DNA of 64,000 nt from contig CBDFIJ010000004.1 of assembly GCA_965248055.1 (NCBI GenBank), positions 64,001-128,000 on the forward strand, read 5' to 3'. Shown piece by piece: positions 20,916 to 30,411 of this stretch. The notes under the pieces are model-generated. The model saw only the letters and a list, made by a program, of their open reading frames with translations, did no database searches and had not been told where the DNA came from. Both the position numbers and the translations under genes were made by a program. Source of the DNA: Candidatus Multivoradales bacterium (GTDB taxonomy: Bacteria > Acidobacteriota > Thermoanaerobaculia > Multivoradales > JAHEKO01). The stretch's first letter is position 1. Every line of letters starts with the position of its first letter.

Positions 20916-22135
20916 TGTTTCTCGAAGCCATCCGTTTGGCGCTCAGCGCTCTCTGGGCCAACAAGACTCGCGCGATCTTGACCATGCTCGGGATCTCGAT
21001 CGGCATCGCAGCGGTGATCGCAGTGGTTTCGGTGGTGCAGGGTCTGCAGTACTTCCTGGTCGGCCAAATTGAATCCCTGGGGGCCAACTTCATCATCATT
21101 CAGCCTAAGTTGGAGCAATTTCAAGGTCCGGGCATGGTCACCAAGCAGGTCAAGCTGACTTGGGAAGACGGGCAAATCATCCGTGACGAAGTTCCGGGAG
21201 TGGACGTCATCACGCCACAGATGTTTGGCAACCAACAAGCCAAGTACCGAGATCGCCAGCACTCAATGTTTGTCGTAGGCGTAAATCCAGAGTGGTCGGA
21301 GATGCACGACTTCAGTGTTGAGGTCGGCCGTTTCTTTACCAATACAGATCTCGCCGAGCGCCACAAAGTCGTTGTGGTGGGGCAGAAAGTGGCTGACGAG
21401 CTACGCCTAGGAGACGACCCAGTCGGCAAAGAAATCTACGTCGGCAACCTGTCGGCCACTGTAATCGGGGTGATGGAAGAAAAGGGCCAATCGCTCGGCA
21501 CAGACATGGACGACTTCGTATTCGCTCCCTTCGACACCGCCTTGCTAATCTTCGGCAAGGAAGCTGCCGACCAAGTGCAGTTGAGATTGCGCACCACCAG
21601 CGCCGAAAACGTTGAACAGGTCCGGGAAGACATAACCCGAGTGCTGCGCCGATTACACGGCCTGCAGGGAGATGCTGAGGACGACTTCACGATCCAACTA
21701 CAAGACGAAATCGTAGACCTCTTTTCCGGGGTGCTCAATGCGGTCACCGCGGTCGCTGCCGCCATTGTTGCGGTATCGCTGATTGTTGCCGGCGTCGGCA
21801 TCATGAACATCATGCTGGTGTCGGTCACTGAACGCACTCGCGAGATCGGTATTCGTAAGGCGGTGGGCGCGCGACGCGGCAACATCCTGTCGCAGTTTCT
21901 GGTCGAGGCGGTGGTGTTATCCCTGGTCGGGGGCGCGATTGGTATCGCCGTTGGCTACGGCCTTGGCGCATTGGTCATCGCCCTATTGCCGGTTAGCTTA
22001 CCGTCGGCTCACGTACCTTTGTGGGCGATCCTGACTGCTTTTGGTTTTTGCGCCCTGGTGGGTGTCTTCTTCGGTATTTATCCTGCTAGCAAGGCAGCCC
22101 GTCTGCACCCGATCGACGCTCTGCGCTACGAATAG
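20915..22135 (+). CDS. MacB/FtsX-type ABC permease
   Basis: LTMLGISIG, GIMNIMLVSVTERTREIGIRKAVGA, PIDALRYE. Confidence 0.93.
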   Translation: MFLEAIRLALSALWANKTRAILTMLGISIGIAAVIAVVSVVQGLQYFLVGQIESLGANFIIIQPKLEQFQGPGMVTKQVKLTWEDGQIIRDEVPGVDVITPQMFGNQQAKYRDRQHSMFVVGVNPEWSEMHDFSVEVGRFFTNTDLAERHKVVVVGQKVADELRLGDDPVGKEIYVGNLSATVIGVMEEKGQSLGTDMDDFVFAPFDTALLIFGKEAADQVQLRLRTTSAENVEQVREDITRVLRRLHGLQGDAEDDFTIQLQDEIVDLFSGVLNAVTAVAAAIVAVSLIVAGVGIMNIMLVSVTERTREIGIRKAVGARRGNILSQFLVEAVVLSLVGGAIGIAVGYGLGALVIALLPVSLPSAHVPLWAILTAFGFCALVGVFFGIYPASKAARLHPIDALRYE

Positions 22136-22252
22136 ACGGAAGCAACCCCTGGCGCTCGCCTGCTTGTGTCATTAGCAGGTCAGCGTTACCCTGACGTTAA
22201 CGATCCGCACTCAGCCGCTGCCACCGGCTTGAGTCAAAACAGGGAGCTGAGA

Positions 22253-23962
22253 ATGAAGAACTACAAATGGAGTCTTGGTCGTTTTGCGATCGGCGCACTG
22301 GTTTTGTCGCTGCTGTTGGCTGGGGCGCCAGCCGAAGGCCAGATCCATGACCCGAGGGCGATTGATTCCGATCCAGCTACCGCTCAGGAACCCATCGCCC
22401 CGAAACTGGGGGGTTTGAGTGATTACCACTTCGAGGTCACCACCTCGAACCCGGAGTCACAAGCTTTCTTTGACCAAGGTTTGCGTCTGACCTATGGCTT
22501 CAATCATTCCGAAGCTCTGCGAGCGTTCAAAGAAGCGATTCGGCTTGACCCCAACAACGCCATGGCCCACTGGGGTTGGGCGCTGGCTTTAGGACCCAAC
22601 CTCAACTTGCCGATGATGCCGGACGTCGTGCCCCAAGCGCTGGACGCGATGCAACGGGCTCAGAACTTGGCGTCTGGAGTGAGTGATCAAGAACGCGACT
22701 TCATCGCCGCTTTGGCGACTCGCTATACCGACGACCCCGAAGCCGACCGATCGAGTTTCGATCAGGCCTACGCATCGGCGATGGAGAAGTTGTTCGCAAA
22801 GTATCCAGACAGTGCTGACGCCGGAACCCTTTACGGGGCCGCAATCATGAATACCACTCCGTGGAACTACTGGAATCGAGACGGCAGCCCTAAGCCCGCT
22901 GCCGAGCGCATGTTGCAGGTATTTGAACAGGTACTTCAACTCAACCCCGATCATCCCGGAGCTTTGCACTATTGGATCCACGCGGTCGAGGCGGTGCATC
23001 CGAAACGGGCGGTGGAAGCCGCCGACCGCCTTCTTCCTTTGATGCCGGGTATCGGTCACATGGTGCACATGCCCTCGCACATCTACATGCGGGTCGGCCG
23101 CTATGCAGACGCCTACGACGCCAACTTTGCCGCAGTCGAGGCCGACGAGGACTACATCACCCAGTGCCGAGCCCAGGGCATGTATCCACTTAACTACTAC
23201 CCGCACAACCAGCACTTCCTAGCTTGGGCGGCGATGTTCCAAGGTCGCAAGGAGGAAGCGATGAAAGCCTCCAGAGCGGTCGCCAACGGCATCCCCAACG
23301 CGTCGACGAATGAGGGGCGCGGTGCAGTTTGGAACCTCTATGAGACCTTCCGCAGCCAACCGATGTACACCATGGGCCGCTTCGGTATGTGGCAGGAAGC
23401 TCTTCGTGAGCCCGCCCCCGAAGCTAGCGCCCTGTTCATGAATGGCGTTTGGCGATACGTGCGTTCGTTGGCGCATACTCACACTGGCAACCTGCGCAAA
23501 GCGCGCAAAGAACTCAAATACTTGCGCCAACTGCAGTCCCAGGTAGCAGCGCACCCGGATTACACCATCGGCTTTGGTTCCGCCACCACCATGCTCACCA
23601 TCGCCTCCGAAATCGCCGCTGGCGAGATTGCCGCGGCCAAAGGCGACTACACCGAAGCCTTGGCCCACCTGGAAACCGGCGTTCGTCTGGAAGACAGTTT
23701 GCTCTACAACGAACCCCCCGACTGGTATTTCCCGGTGCGCCACATCCTCGGCGCCGTACTTCTCGAAGCCGGCCGAGCCACCGAAGCCGAAGTCATCTAC
23801 TGGGCCGATCTGGCCAAGAATCCTGAGAACGGCTTCGCACTGTTTGGACTGGAAAGGGCCCTCAGAGCGCAGGGGAAAACCGATCTTGCTGACCAGACAG
23901 CAGAACGCTTCACGATAGCTTGGGCAAGCGCGGATGGAGCACTCAAGTCTTCGCGCTATTGA
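22253..23962 (+). CDS. Secreted TPR-repeat protein
   Basis: Signal peptide, QAFFDQGL..YGFNH.EA, HPGALHYWIHAVE, GHMVHMPSHIY, YNEPPDWY. Confidence 0.8.
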   Translation: MKNYKWSLGRFAIGALVLSLLLAGAPAEGQIHDPRAIDSDPATAQEPIAPKLGGLSDYHFEVTTSNPESQAFFDQGLRLTYGFNHSEALRAFKEAIRLDPNNAMAHWGWALALGPNLNLPMMPDVVPQALDAMQRAQNLASGVSDQERDFIAALATRYTDDPEADRSSFDQAYASAMEKLFAKYPDSADAGTLYGAAIMNTTPWNYWNRDGSPKPAAERMLQVFEQVLQLNPDHPGALHYWIHAVEAVHPKRAVEAADRLLPLMPGIGHMVHMPSHIYMRVGRYADAYDANFAAVEADEDYITQCRAQGMYPLNYYPHNQHFLAWAAMFQGRKEEAMKASRAVANGIPNASTNEGRGAVWNLYETFRSQPMYTMGRFGMWQEALREPAPEASALFMNGVWRYVRSLAHTHTGNLRKARKELKYLRQLQSQVAAHPDYTIGFGSATTMLTIASEIAAGEIAAAKGDYTEALAHLETGVRLEDSLLYNEPPDWYFPVRHILGAVLLEAGRATEAEVIYWADLAKNPENGFALFGLERALRAQGKTDLADQTAERFTIAWASADGALKSSRY

Positions 23963-24094
23963 CCGCCTGTCGGTATCCGCACGAACGGTAATCTCTTTCC
24001 TCGGATCTTCGTAGGAGGGGCTTGTCCCCTCCCGAATTCGTAGGGACTAGAGTTCGCCTGTTGGAAATTCGTATCCTGTCACCGTATTTTTTCC
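23719..24094 (+). repeat. Copy 1 (native) of TPR-gene 3' end plus downstream region
   Basis: Aligns with 25712-26089 and 27902-28175; ends CCTGTCACCGTATTTT. Confidence 0.95.
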
Positions 24095-24242
24095 TCTTCT
24101 CGAAGCTATTCACGGAAAACTCTTCGACTGGGTGCTCTGGCTTAACGCCGAAAGGCCCCACTGGAGCCACGGACAAAAATCACCACTACAGTACGTAGAT
24201 GACATACCGATCAGTGCATATGTCCTGGACGCATATATTGAG

Positions 24243-24271
24243 TTGACAGGTTTAACGCCAACACATAGCCT
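24243..24271 (+). promoter_or_regulatory. Sigma-70-like promoter of the fic gene
   Basis: TTGACA-17 bp-TAGCCT. Confidence 0.5.
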
Positions 24272-24322
24272 TATTTTGGCAGAAACTATGACGACCAACA
24301 TGACCATCTTAAGCGTAGTGCT

Positions 24323-25483
24323 TTGAGGCGAGCCGTGACGAACCAATACCCGCACATAAGTTTTCGACGCACCTGGGGCTTGCCAGCAGGCGTTCACTAC
24401 CAGCTGGGAGAGTGCAGAGGGATCAACCGCGCGATCTCTGGAATGCCGATTCCCCCTCTTTATCACAGAGAACTTCTTCGGGTGTCCTTGCGAAAAGGTG
24501 CCATAGCCACAACAGCGATTGAGGGTAATAGCCTCACCGAGGGCGAGGTCAAGCGAATCGAAAGAGGTGAATCGCTCCCTCCAAGCAAGGCTTATCAGGA
24601 AAAGGAAGTAAAAAATGTTCTCGGTGCAATGAACATATTGTTCAATGAAGTGGTCGGCGAGAGACTAGGAGCCCCAATCACAGCCGACGTCATTCGCCGG
24701 TTCCACCACCTGTTAGGAAAAGACCTTGGTAAGCACTTTGACGCCATTCCAGGGAGATGGCGAGAAGATGCTCGGGTGGTGGGCTCATATCGATGTCCTG
24801 ACCATCGCATGGTGCCCAACTTAATCGATCAACTTTGTCAATGGCTACCAGAGTTTGGATACGGGTCCGAACAGCAGTCCTTCGAAGACGCTGTTATTCA
24901 AGCCGTCGTAACCCATGTATACATTGAATGGATACATCCATTTGGCGACGGAAACGGGAGAACTGGTCGCCTCCTTGAGTTTTACATTCTTTTGCGTGCT
25001 GGCAACCCCGACATCTCGTCCCATATTCTTTCAAATTTCTATAACGAAACCCGACCAGAATACTACCGACAAATAGGGCATGCATCGAGGAATGGAGGAG
25101 ACCTCACTGACTTCATTACCTATGCAGTCCAAGGCTTTAGAGACGGCCTGCTGGAAACGCTAGCGACAATTCAAGCCAGTGTCTTTGCAACGTCCTGGAA
25201 GAGCTATATCTATGACATGTTTGCAGGTGAGAAATACCGCAAAGATATATTCAAGAGGCGACGAGAACTTGCTTTGAATATGCCTCTCAATGGAGAACTT
25301 GCTGCTGAACAACTGGCTATTCTCACATCAAACCTCGCGCGCCGATACGCGAGGGTGACGGAGCGAACTCTAAAGCGAGATCTGTCTGCACTTGTTTCGC
25401 TTGGCCTAGTAGTAAAGTCCAAGGGTAAATATCGCGCAAATATTGCCGCACTGGAACCGAACCTACCGAAACAGCTCGACTAG
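24323..25483 (+). CDS. Fic family protein with C-terminal HTH-like region
   Basis: Canonical HPFGDGNGRTGR; N-terminal TTAIEGN inhibitory motif. Confidence 0.9.
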   Translation: MRRAVTNQYPHISFRRTWGLPAGVHYQLGECRGINRAISGMPIPPLYHRELLRVSLRKGAIATTAIEGNSLTEGEVKRIERGESLPPSKAYQEKEVKNVLGAMNILFNEVVGERLGAPITADVIRRFHHLLGKDLGKHFDAIPGRWREDARVVGSYRCPDHRMVPNLIDQLCQWLPEFGYGSEQQSFEDAVIQAVVTHVYIEWIHPFGDGNGRTGRLLEFYILLRAGNPDISSHILSNFYNETRPEYYRQIGHASRNGGDLTDFITYAVQGFRDGLLETLATIQASVFATSWKSYIYDMFAGEKYRKDIFKRRRELALNMPLNGELAAEQLAILTSNLARRYARVTERTLKRDLSALVSLGLVVKSKGKYRANIAALEPNLPKQLD

Positions 25484-25674
25484 CTGACGCGAAGAATGAC
25501 TTATCAGATTCCTCTTGCCCTGTCGTGAGGGTGACTGAGCATCACTACGCTAATAAGCGGGTGCAGCATTAGCTCCTTGGTTTCAATTGCGAAGTAAACG
25601 CTGTTTTGGGGAGTCGCTCGAAAGTTGATGACGTGCAACCTGCCACCCCCGGCTCCCCACACAACCTCTAAGGG

Positions 25675-25706
25675 ATGGGGACACAATAAAAGGATTGTGT
25701 CCCCAT
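25675..25706. repeat. Perfect 13-bp-stem palindrome at a cassette junction
   Basis: ATGGGGACACAAT-AAAAGG-ATTGTGTCCCCAT. Confidence 0.9.
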
Positions 25707-25711
25707 TTTCT

Positions 25712-26089
25712 CGACTGGTACTTCCCGGTGCGCCACATTCTCGGCGCGGTGCTATGTGAAGCCGGCCGAGCCATCGAAGCCGAAGTCATCTACTGGGCCG
25801 ACCTAGCCAAGAATCCGGGGAATGGTTTCGCGTTGTCTTGACTAGAAAAGGCTCTCAGAGCGCAGTGGAAAACCGATCTTGCTGACCAGACGGCAGAACG
25901 CTTCGCGGATGCCTGGGCGGATGCCGATGGTGCCCTCAAGTCTTCGCGCTATTGACCGCCTGTCGGTAACCACACGAGCGGTAATCTCTTTCCTCGGATC
26001 TTCATAAGGGAGGGGCTTGTTCCCTCCCGAATTCATAGGGACTAGAGTTCGCCTGTTTGAAATCCGTATCCTGTCACCGCATTTTTTCC
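25712..26089 (+). pseudogene. Copy 2: displaced, decayed TPR-gene 3' end plus downstream region
   Basis: DWYFPVRHILG...KSSRY frame with internal TGA at 25839-25841; ends CCTGTCACCGCATTTT. Confidence 0.92.
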
Positions 26090-26238
26090 AGGCGCGTCGA
26101 TTTGGCGCTATGGAACTCCTACCATCAGAAGCTAGGCTATACTTACCTGAACCAGCAGTAGCGACTAGCTTTTTGGTGGCGAGCGAGGGATCGAGCGTCG
26201 GGGCTACCAACGGGTAAGGGCAATAAGGAGAATCGACC

Positions 26239-27807
26239 ATGCCAAGCGCACCGAGTGACCTAAGAGCAGATTTGCCGAGCCGAGCAAGAGGTGGTGTCGA
26301 CATGTCCGCTTGGACGCCGTCGTACGCAGGCTATCCTGGCGCGGTCATTAAGCAGTTCTTTGTCAACAAGGATGGTGAAACCAAGACGCGCACCATCAAG
26401 CACCTCATCTGGGGCGACTGGATGTTAGTCGGGACTAAGAAAAAGGGTGGTCTGGTTGAAGCCTACTCGCGCGGCAAACGCGGTTTTGTAGATCCCGCCA
26501 GCGTCACCAATGAACGTGTGCTTGAAGTGGTTTTCGTAGATATCGGCCAAGGGGATGGCTGCCTCGTCGTAACCCCGAACGACGAACACCTGGTTATCGA
26601 CGCCGGCGAGCACGACAACATGTACCGTTTCCTAAATTGGCGCTACGGACGTTTCAAGAACGATTTCGAATTCGACGCGCTCTTTGTCACACACCCAGAT
26701 CAGGACCACTACAAGGGCTTTAAGGAATTCTTCGATCTAACGGCGCACCCAGATGCCAAGCGAATTAAGTTCACGAATGTGTATCACAACGGAATCGTCG
26801 AACGAAAAGCCAAGCACTCGCTCGGTCCGAGGGTCAAGATTGACGGTAAGTCACACATCAAGGGGCTGGTTCAGACTGACGGCGATCTCGACGACTTCCT
26901 TTCCGTTGAATCGCGTTGGAAGGGCAAGAACTATCCGACATTGCTTAACAGCATGGTGCAGAGCGACAGGGTCGGCAACATCCGCTCGCTCTCCGCTGAA
27001 GACGGTTTCGTCCCTGGTTTTGAAGGCGGAAAAGACCTCTCGATTGAGGTTCTCGGTCCAGTTCTCACTCGGCACAATGGTGAGCCTTCGCTCCGATGGC
27101 TGTCGAGCGTCGGCAAGACCAAGAACGGCCATTCGGTGGTACTCAAACTCCAGTACAAGAACATCAGCATGATGCTGGGCGGGGACCTCAACATCCCGGC
27201 CGAACATCTGCTGCTTGCACATCACACCGGCCTAGAATCTCCTCCCAAGAGTGAAGAACACAAGACTCTAGTAGCAGCAGCGCGTAAGGTCTTCCAAGTT
27301 GATATCGCCAAAGCCTGCCACCACGGCAGCGCTGACTTCACCAGTATCTTTCTCGAAGCCCTCAACCCGATCGCAACGGTTATTTCTAGCGGGGACGACG
27401 AGTCCCACGCACATCCAAGGGCGGAGACGCTGGGGACAATCGGTCTCTTCTCGCGCGGCTCCCGCCCACTCATCTTCAGCACCGAGCTTGCCCGCTCGAC
27501 CAAAGAGCGCATCAAACATCCCTCAGTCGTTCGCGGCAAATTCACCGCAGCCAAGGACAGGCTCCTTGAGCTGCACGCCGACCCGAACGCCAAACAAAAA
27601 GACATCGACAAGGCCGAGCAACAGTTCAAAAAACTGGTCACGGAAATCGAACGTAGCGTCGCCGTCTACGGCGCAATCAACGTGCGCACAGATGGGCACA
27701 AAGTCCTCTTTGCGCAAAAAATCGAGCGAGGCTCTGGATGGGACACCTACCGGCTAGAGCCGCAGGGTAGCAATGAGGTTCTTGAGTACGTCGCCAAGCA
27801 CCACTAG
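26239..27807 (+). CDS. MBL-fold metallo-hydrolase (ComEC/Rec2-like), alternative start 26302
   Basis: FVDIGQGD, IDAG, THPDQDHYKG, NGHSVV, LGGDL, KACHHGS, HAHP. Confidence 0.85.
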   Translation: MPSAPSDLRADLPSRARGGVDMSAWTPSYAGYPGAVIKQFFVNKDGETKTRTIKHLIWGDWMLVGTKKKGGLVEAYSRGKRGFVDPASVTNERVLEVVFVDIGQGDGCLVVTPNDEHLVIDAGEHDNMYRFLNWRYGRFKNDFEFDALFVTHPDQDHYKGFKEFFDLTAHPDAKRIKFTNVYHNGIVERKAKHSLGPRVKIDGKSHIKGLVQTDGDLDDFLSVESRWKGKNYPTLLNSMVQSDRVGNIRSLSAEDGFVPGFEGGKDLSIEVLGPVLTRHNGEPSLRWLSSVGKTKNGHSVVLKLQYKNISMMLGGDLNIPAEHLLLAHHTGLESPPKSEEHKTLVAAARKVFQVDIAKACHHGSADFTSIFLEALNPIATVISSGDDESHAHPRAETLGTIGLFSRGSRPLIFSTELARSTKERIKHPSVVRGKFTAAKDRLLELHADPNAKQKDIDKAEQQFKKLVTEIERSVAVYGAINVRTDGHKVLFAQKIERGSGWDTYRLEPQGSNEVLEYVAKHH

Positions 27808-27901
27808 GCAAAAAGCCTAGCGGTGGTTGTGAACGTGGGACTTGCACCGCGCTCAAATTAGCAACCAATGGAGGCAAAAGAAAAATGAGAGCAGTATCGA
27901 C

Positions 27902-28175
27902 AATCCTCACAATCGCTTCGCACCGTTTGGACTGGAACAGGCCTCAGAGCGCAGAGGGAAAACCGATCTTGCTGACCAGACAGCAGAACGCTTCGCGGTA
28001 GCTTGGGCCGACGCCGATAGAGCCCTGCATTCTTCGCGCTATTGACCGCCTGTCGGTCACCACACGAACGGTAATCTCTTTCCTCGAATTTTCGTAGGAG
28101 GGGCTTGTCCCCTCCCAGATCCATAGTGACTAGATTCCGCCTGTTTGAAATTCGTATCCTGTCACCGTATTTTTC
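27902..28175 (+). pseudogene. Copy 3: shorter displaced TPR-gene 3' end plus downstream region
   Basis: GKTDLADQTAERF...SSRY with small indels upstream; ends CCTGTCACCGTATTTT. Confidence 0.92.
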
Positions 28176-28274
28176 TCTCACTGACCGATTTTCCGCTTCG
28201 GTGGCACACGCAGATCAAGAGAGATCGAACGATCAACTCTACCTGTAGACTACTGATCCGCAGGGAGGTATTAC

Positions 28275-29564
28275 ATGCAGCTAGAACAGTTCTCGATTAG
28301 CGGACTTTTTGGAGGCAAGAATCATGAAATTGCATTTCCAATTCCGAATGAAGCTGACGCGGAACCCTCGCTTCTGATTATCCACGGTAAGAATGGGGTC
28401 GGAAAAACCACAATCCTACGGATGATTGCCGGATTAATGCGGCTGGATTTCGACTCGTTCCGTGATGTTCCGTTCGAGTCGGCCTCCCTAAGGTTCACCT
28501 CAGGTCAGACGATCTCTGTCAAGTTGCGCGAAAGAGGGAGGGGGAGAAAGCGTGCATTAAGTGTTGCATTTGACGAAATGAGTGTAGACCTTCATTCGAA
28601 GCACCATGGAGCGGCTGATGAAGGTGATACGGATCTGGTTAACACATTCCGAAAACAGTTCTTCGAAGCTACAAGCGCTATCAGTTTCGAATTTATCAAT
28701 ACACGCCGAGTTCGCGAACGATTCGAACGGAGTCAAGACTCCACTGATGTCTTGCGGGACGGCGTCGATCCCCGACTGTTGACTAGTCGGCACGGGCTTC
28801 GACTCCGAGCGCGTGGTTTAGTACACAGAGAGGAGGCAGCGCCGGAAAAGAAACTTGCTCTTCGCGTGAAGCGCTTCGTGCGAGATGCTCAAGTCGACTA
28901 CCGAGAATATTTTTCGACCACAGCCCCCGACCTTTTTCCGCGAATCCTGGAGCGCCTCGCTTCAACCGAAGAAGCGAATATCCAGCCACAGGATTTGCGC
29001 GAGCGGCTCGACCATATCCGTCGGCAAGACGAGGAGACATCACGGCTCGGACTTGGTCCTGACAAATGGGACTATGATCAACTCATTAGTCAACTAAACG
29101 ACTTGAGTAAGTCGCGACGTAAAGGACGGCTACAGGCGCTTGCAGCCCTCGACACCTACTCAGAATTCTTGGAATCGAGAGCTGCAGAAAGAAAACTGGT
29201 TGCGGATCGACTCCTTACGTTCGAGAAGCTAGTGTCGGAATTTTTTGTCGATAAGAGCGTGACCGTTGATCCAGCCGAAGGTTTGGTGATCACCGCAGAC
29301 TCAGGGGCACCCCTCACCGAACACCAACTCAGTTCTGGCGAGTTTCACTTGCTCTTCTTGATGGTGGCTGCCCTCAAGACCCGACGGCTTGGCACGGTGG
29401 TAGCTATCGACGAGCCTGAGATGTCGATGCACGTGGCTTGGCAGACGAAACTTGTACCTGCGCTCATAGAGTGTGCGTCAGGAGCTGAACCTTTGTTTAT
29501 CTTCGCCACACACTCACCAGATCTTGCGGCAGAATTTCCCGACGCAATGATCGATTTGAATTGA
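28275..29564 (+). CDS. ABC-type (AAA_15/AAA_21-like) ATPase, AriA-like
   Basis: Walker A GKNGVGKT, signature LSSGE, Walker B AIDEPE, FATHS. Confidence 0.85.
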   Translation: MQLEQFSISGLFGGKNHEIAFPIPNEADAEPSLLIIHGKNGVGKTTILRMIAGLMRLDFDSFRDVPFESASLRFTSGQTISVKLRERGRGRKRALSVAFDEMSVDLHSKHHGAADEGDTDLVNTFRKQFFEATSAISFEFINTRRVRERFERSQDSTDVLRDGVDPRLLTSRHGLRLRARGLVHREEAAPEKKLALRVKRFVRDAQVDYREYFSTTAPDLFPRILERLASTEEANIQPQDLRERLDHIRRQDEETSRLGLGPDKWDYDQLISQLNDLSKSRRKGRLQALAALDTYSEFLESRAAERKLVADRLLTFEKLVSEFFVDKSVTVDPAEGLVITADSGAPLTEHQLSSGEFHLLFLMVAALKTRRLGTVVAIDEPEMSMHVAWQTKLVPALIECASGAEPLFIFATHSPDLAAEFPDAMIDLN

Positions 29565-29577
29565 AGAGTTCTCTCGC

Positions 29578-30411
29578 ATGATCAGACGAGCGCCGCAAGC
29601 GATTATCATGGCGCATCGTATGGATTCGGATAGAAGAGTTGTTTACGTGGAAGGCTCTCACGATGCCGCTTTCCTCAAGTGGCTAGTTGGGGCTCGGAAA
29701 CACCCTGACGCGCAGATTCGCGAGATTGGAACTGTGAAACTCGACGACGTGGGCGATGGCGGAGAACGCGGACGGCTTATTGGATTCGCTACTCTCTTGT
29801 CGGTGGCGAATTGCGCCAGAATTAGGTGTTTTGCGGATGCGGACTTTGATCGTTTGCTGAAACGAGAATGTCCGAAGTCTGTGTGGCTGACGGATGGACG
29901 AGATCTCGAAGGCTACGTGCTCAGAAACGAGTGCGTCGAAAAAGTGCTACTACTAGGTATTGGCCAGCATGCGGTTTCCGCCCGAGACATATTGAACGAT
30001 GTCCTCACGGTCGGCCGTCGGGTCGGAATCCTCCGAGTGGTCTCTGAGGTGGATGAACTCGCGCTACCCTTCGCGCGAACCAAACTCCAGCGTCACCTCA
30101 CTATGTCGCAAGGGCGAGTCAACTTCGCGCTGGAACCCTTTCTGCAAGCCCTACTTCAAAACGCTGGGACGAGCCTAGCAATGAAGAATAGAGTCCTGAA
30201 GAGAGTCGCAGAAGTCGCTGACGATTTAGTTGACGTGCCGGATATCCAGATTATCCACGGCAAAGATGCATTCTGCCTCATTGAAAAAGCGCTATCTCAA
30301 TTTGGGATAAGAAGGGGGGCAGAGGTGGGCAAGATGCTGTGGAGTAGCTTCGAGTCGCGATTTGTTGAGCGGGGATCGAATCTCGACCAAGTGCAAAGTT
30401 TCTTGGGCTGA
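29578..30411 (+). CDS. DUF4435/TOPRIM-like putative nuclease, AriB-like
   Basis: VYVEGSHD, ADADFD, RDLEGY, HGKD; directly follows the ATPase. Confidence 0.75.
   Translation: MIRRAPQAIIMAHRMDSDRRVVYVEGSHDAAFLKWLVGARKHPDAQIREIGTVKLDDVGDGGERGRLIGFATLLSVANCARIRCFADADFDRLLKRECPKSVWLTDGRDLEGYVLRNECVEKVLLLGIGQHAVSARDILNDVLTVGRRVGILRVVSEVDELALPFARTKLQRHLTMSQGRVNFALEPFLQALLQNAGTSLAMKNRVLKRVAEVADDLVDVPDIQIIHGKDAFCLIEKALSQFGIRRGAEVGKMLWSSFESRFVERGSNLDQVQSFLG

Noticed and set aside
24110-24466. Short ORFs in and around the repeats (also 23943-24176, 25842-26303, 27858-28181)
   Set aside because: Antisense translations of repeats or real genes with no independent coding signal.
23719-28175. Diversity-generating retroelement (TR/VR pair)
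   Set aside because: No reverse transcriptase in the window; differences are largely synonymous and not adenine-specific.
23963-28175. CRISPR array or integron attC array
   Set aside because: Repeats are hundreds of bp, include coding sequence, have kb-scale spacing, lack RYYYAAC/GTTRRRY ends, and no cas or intI is present.
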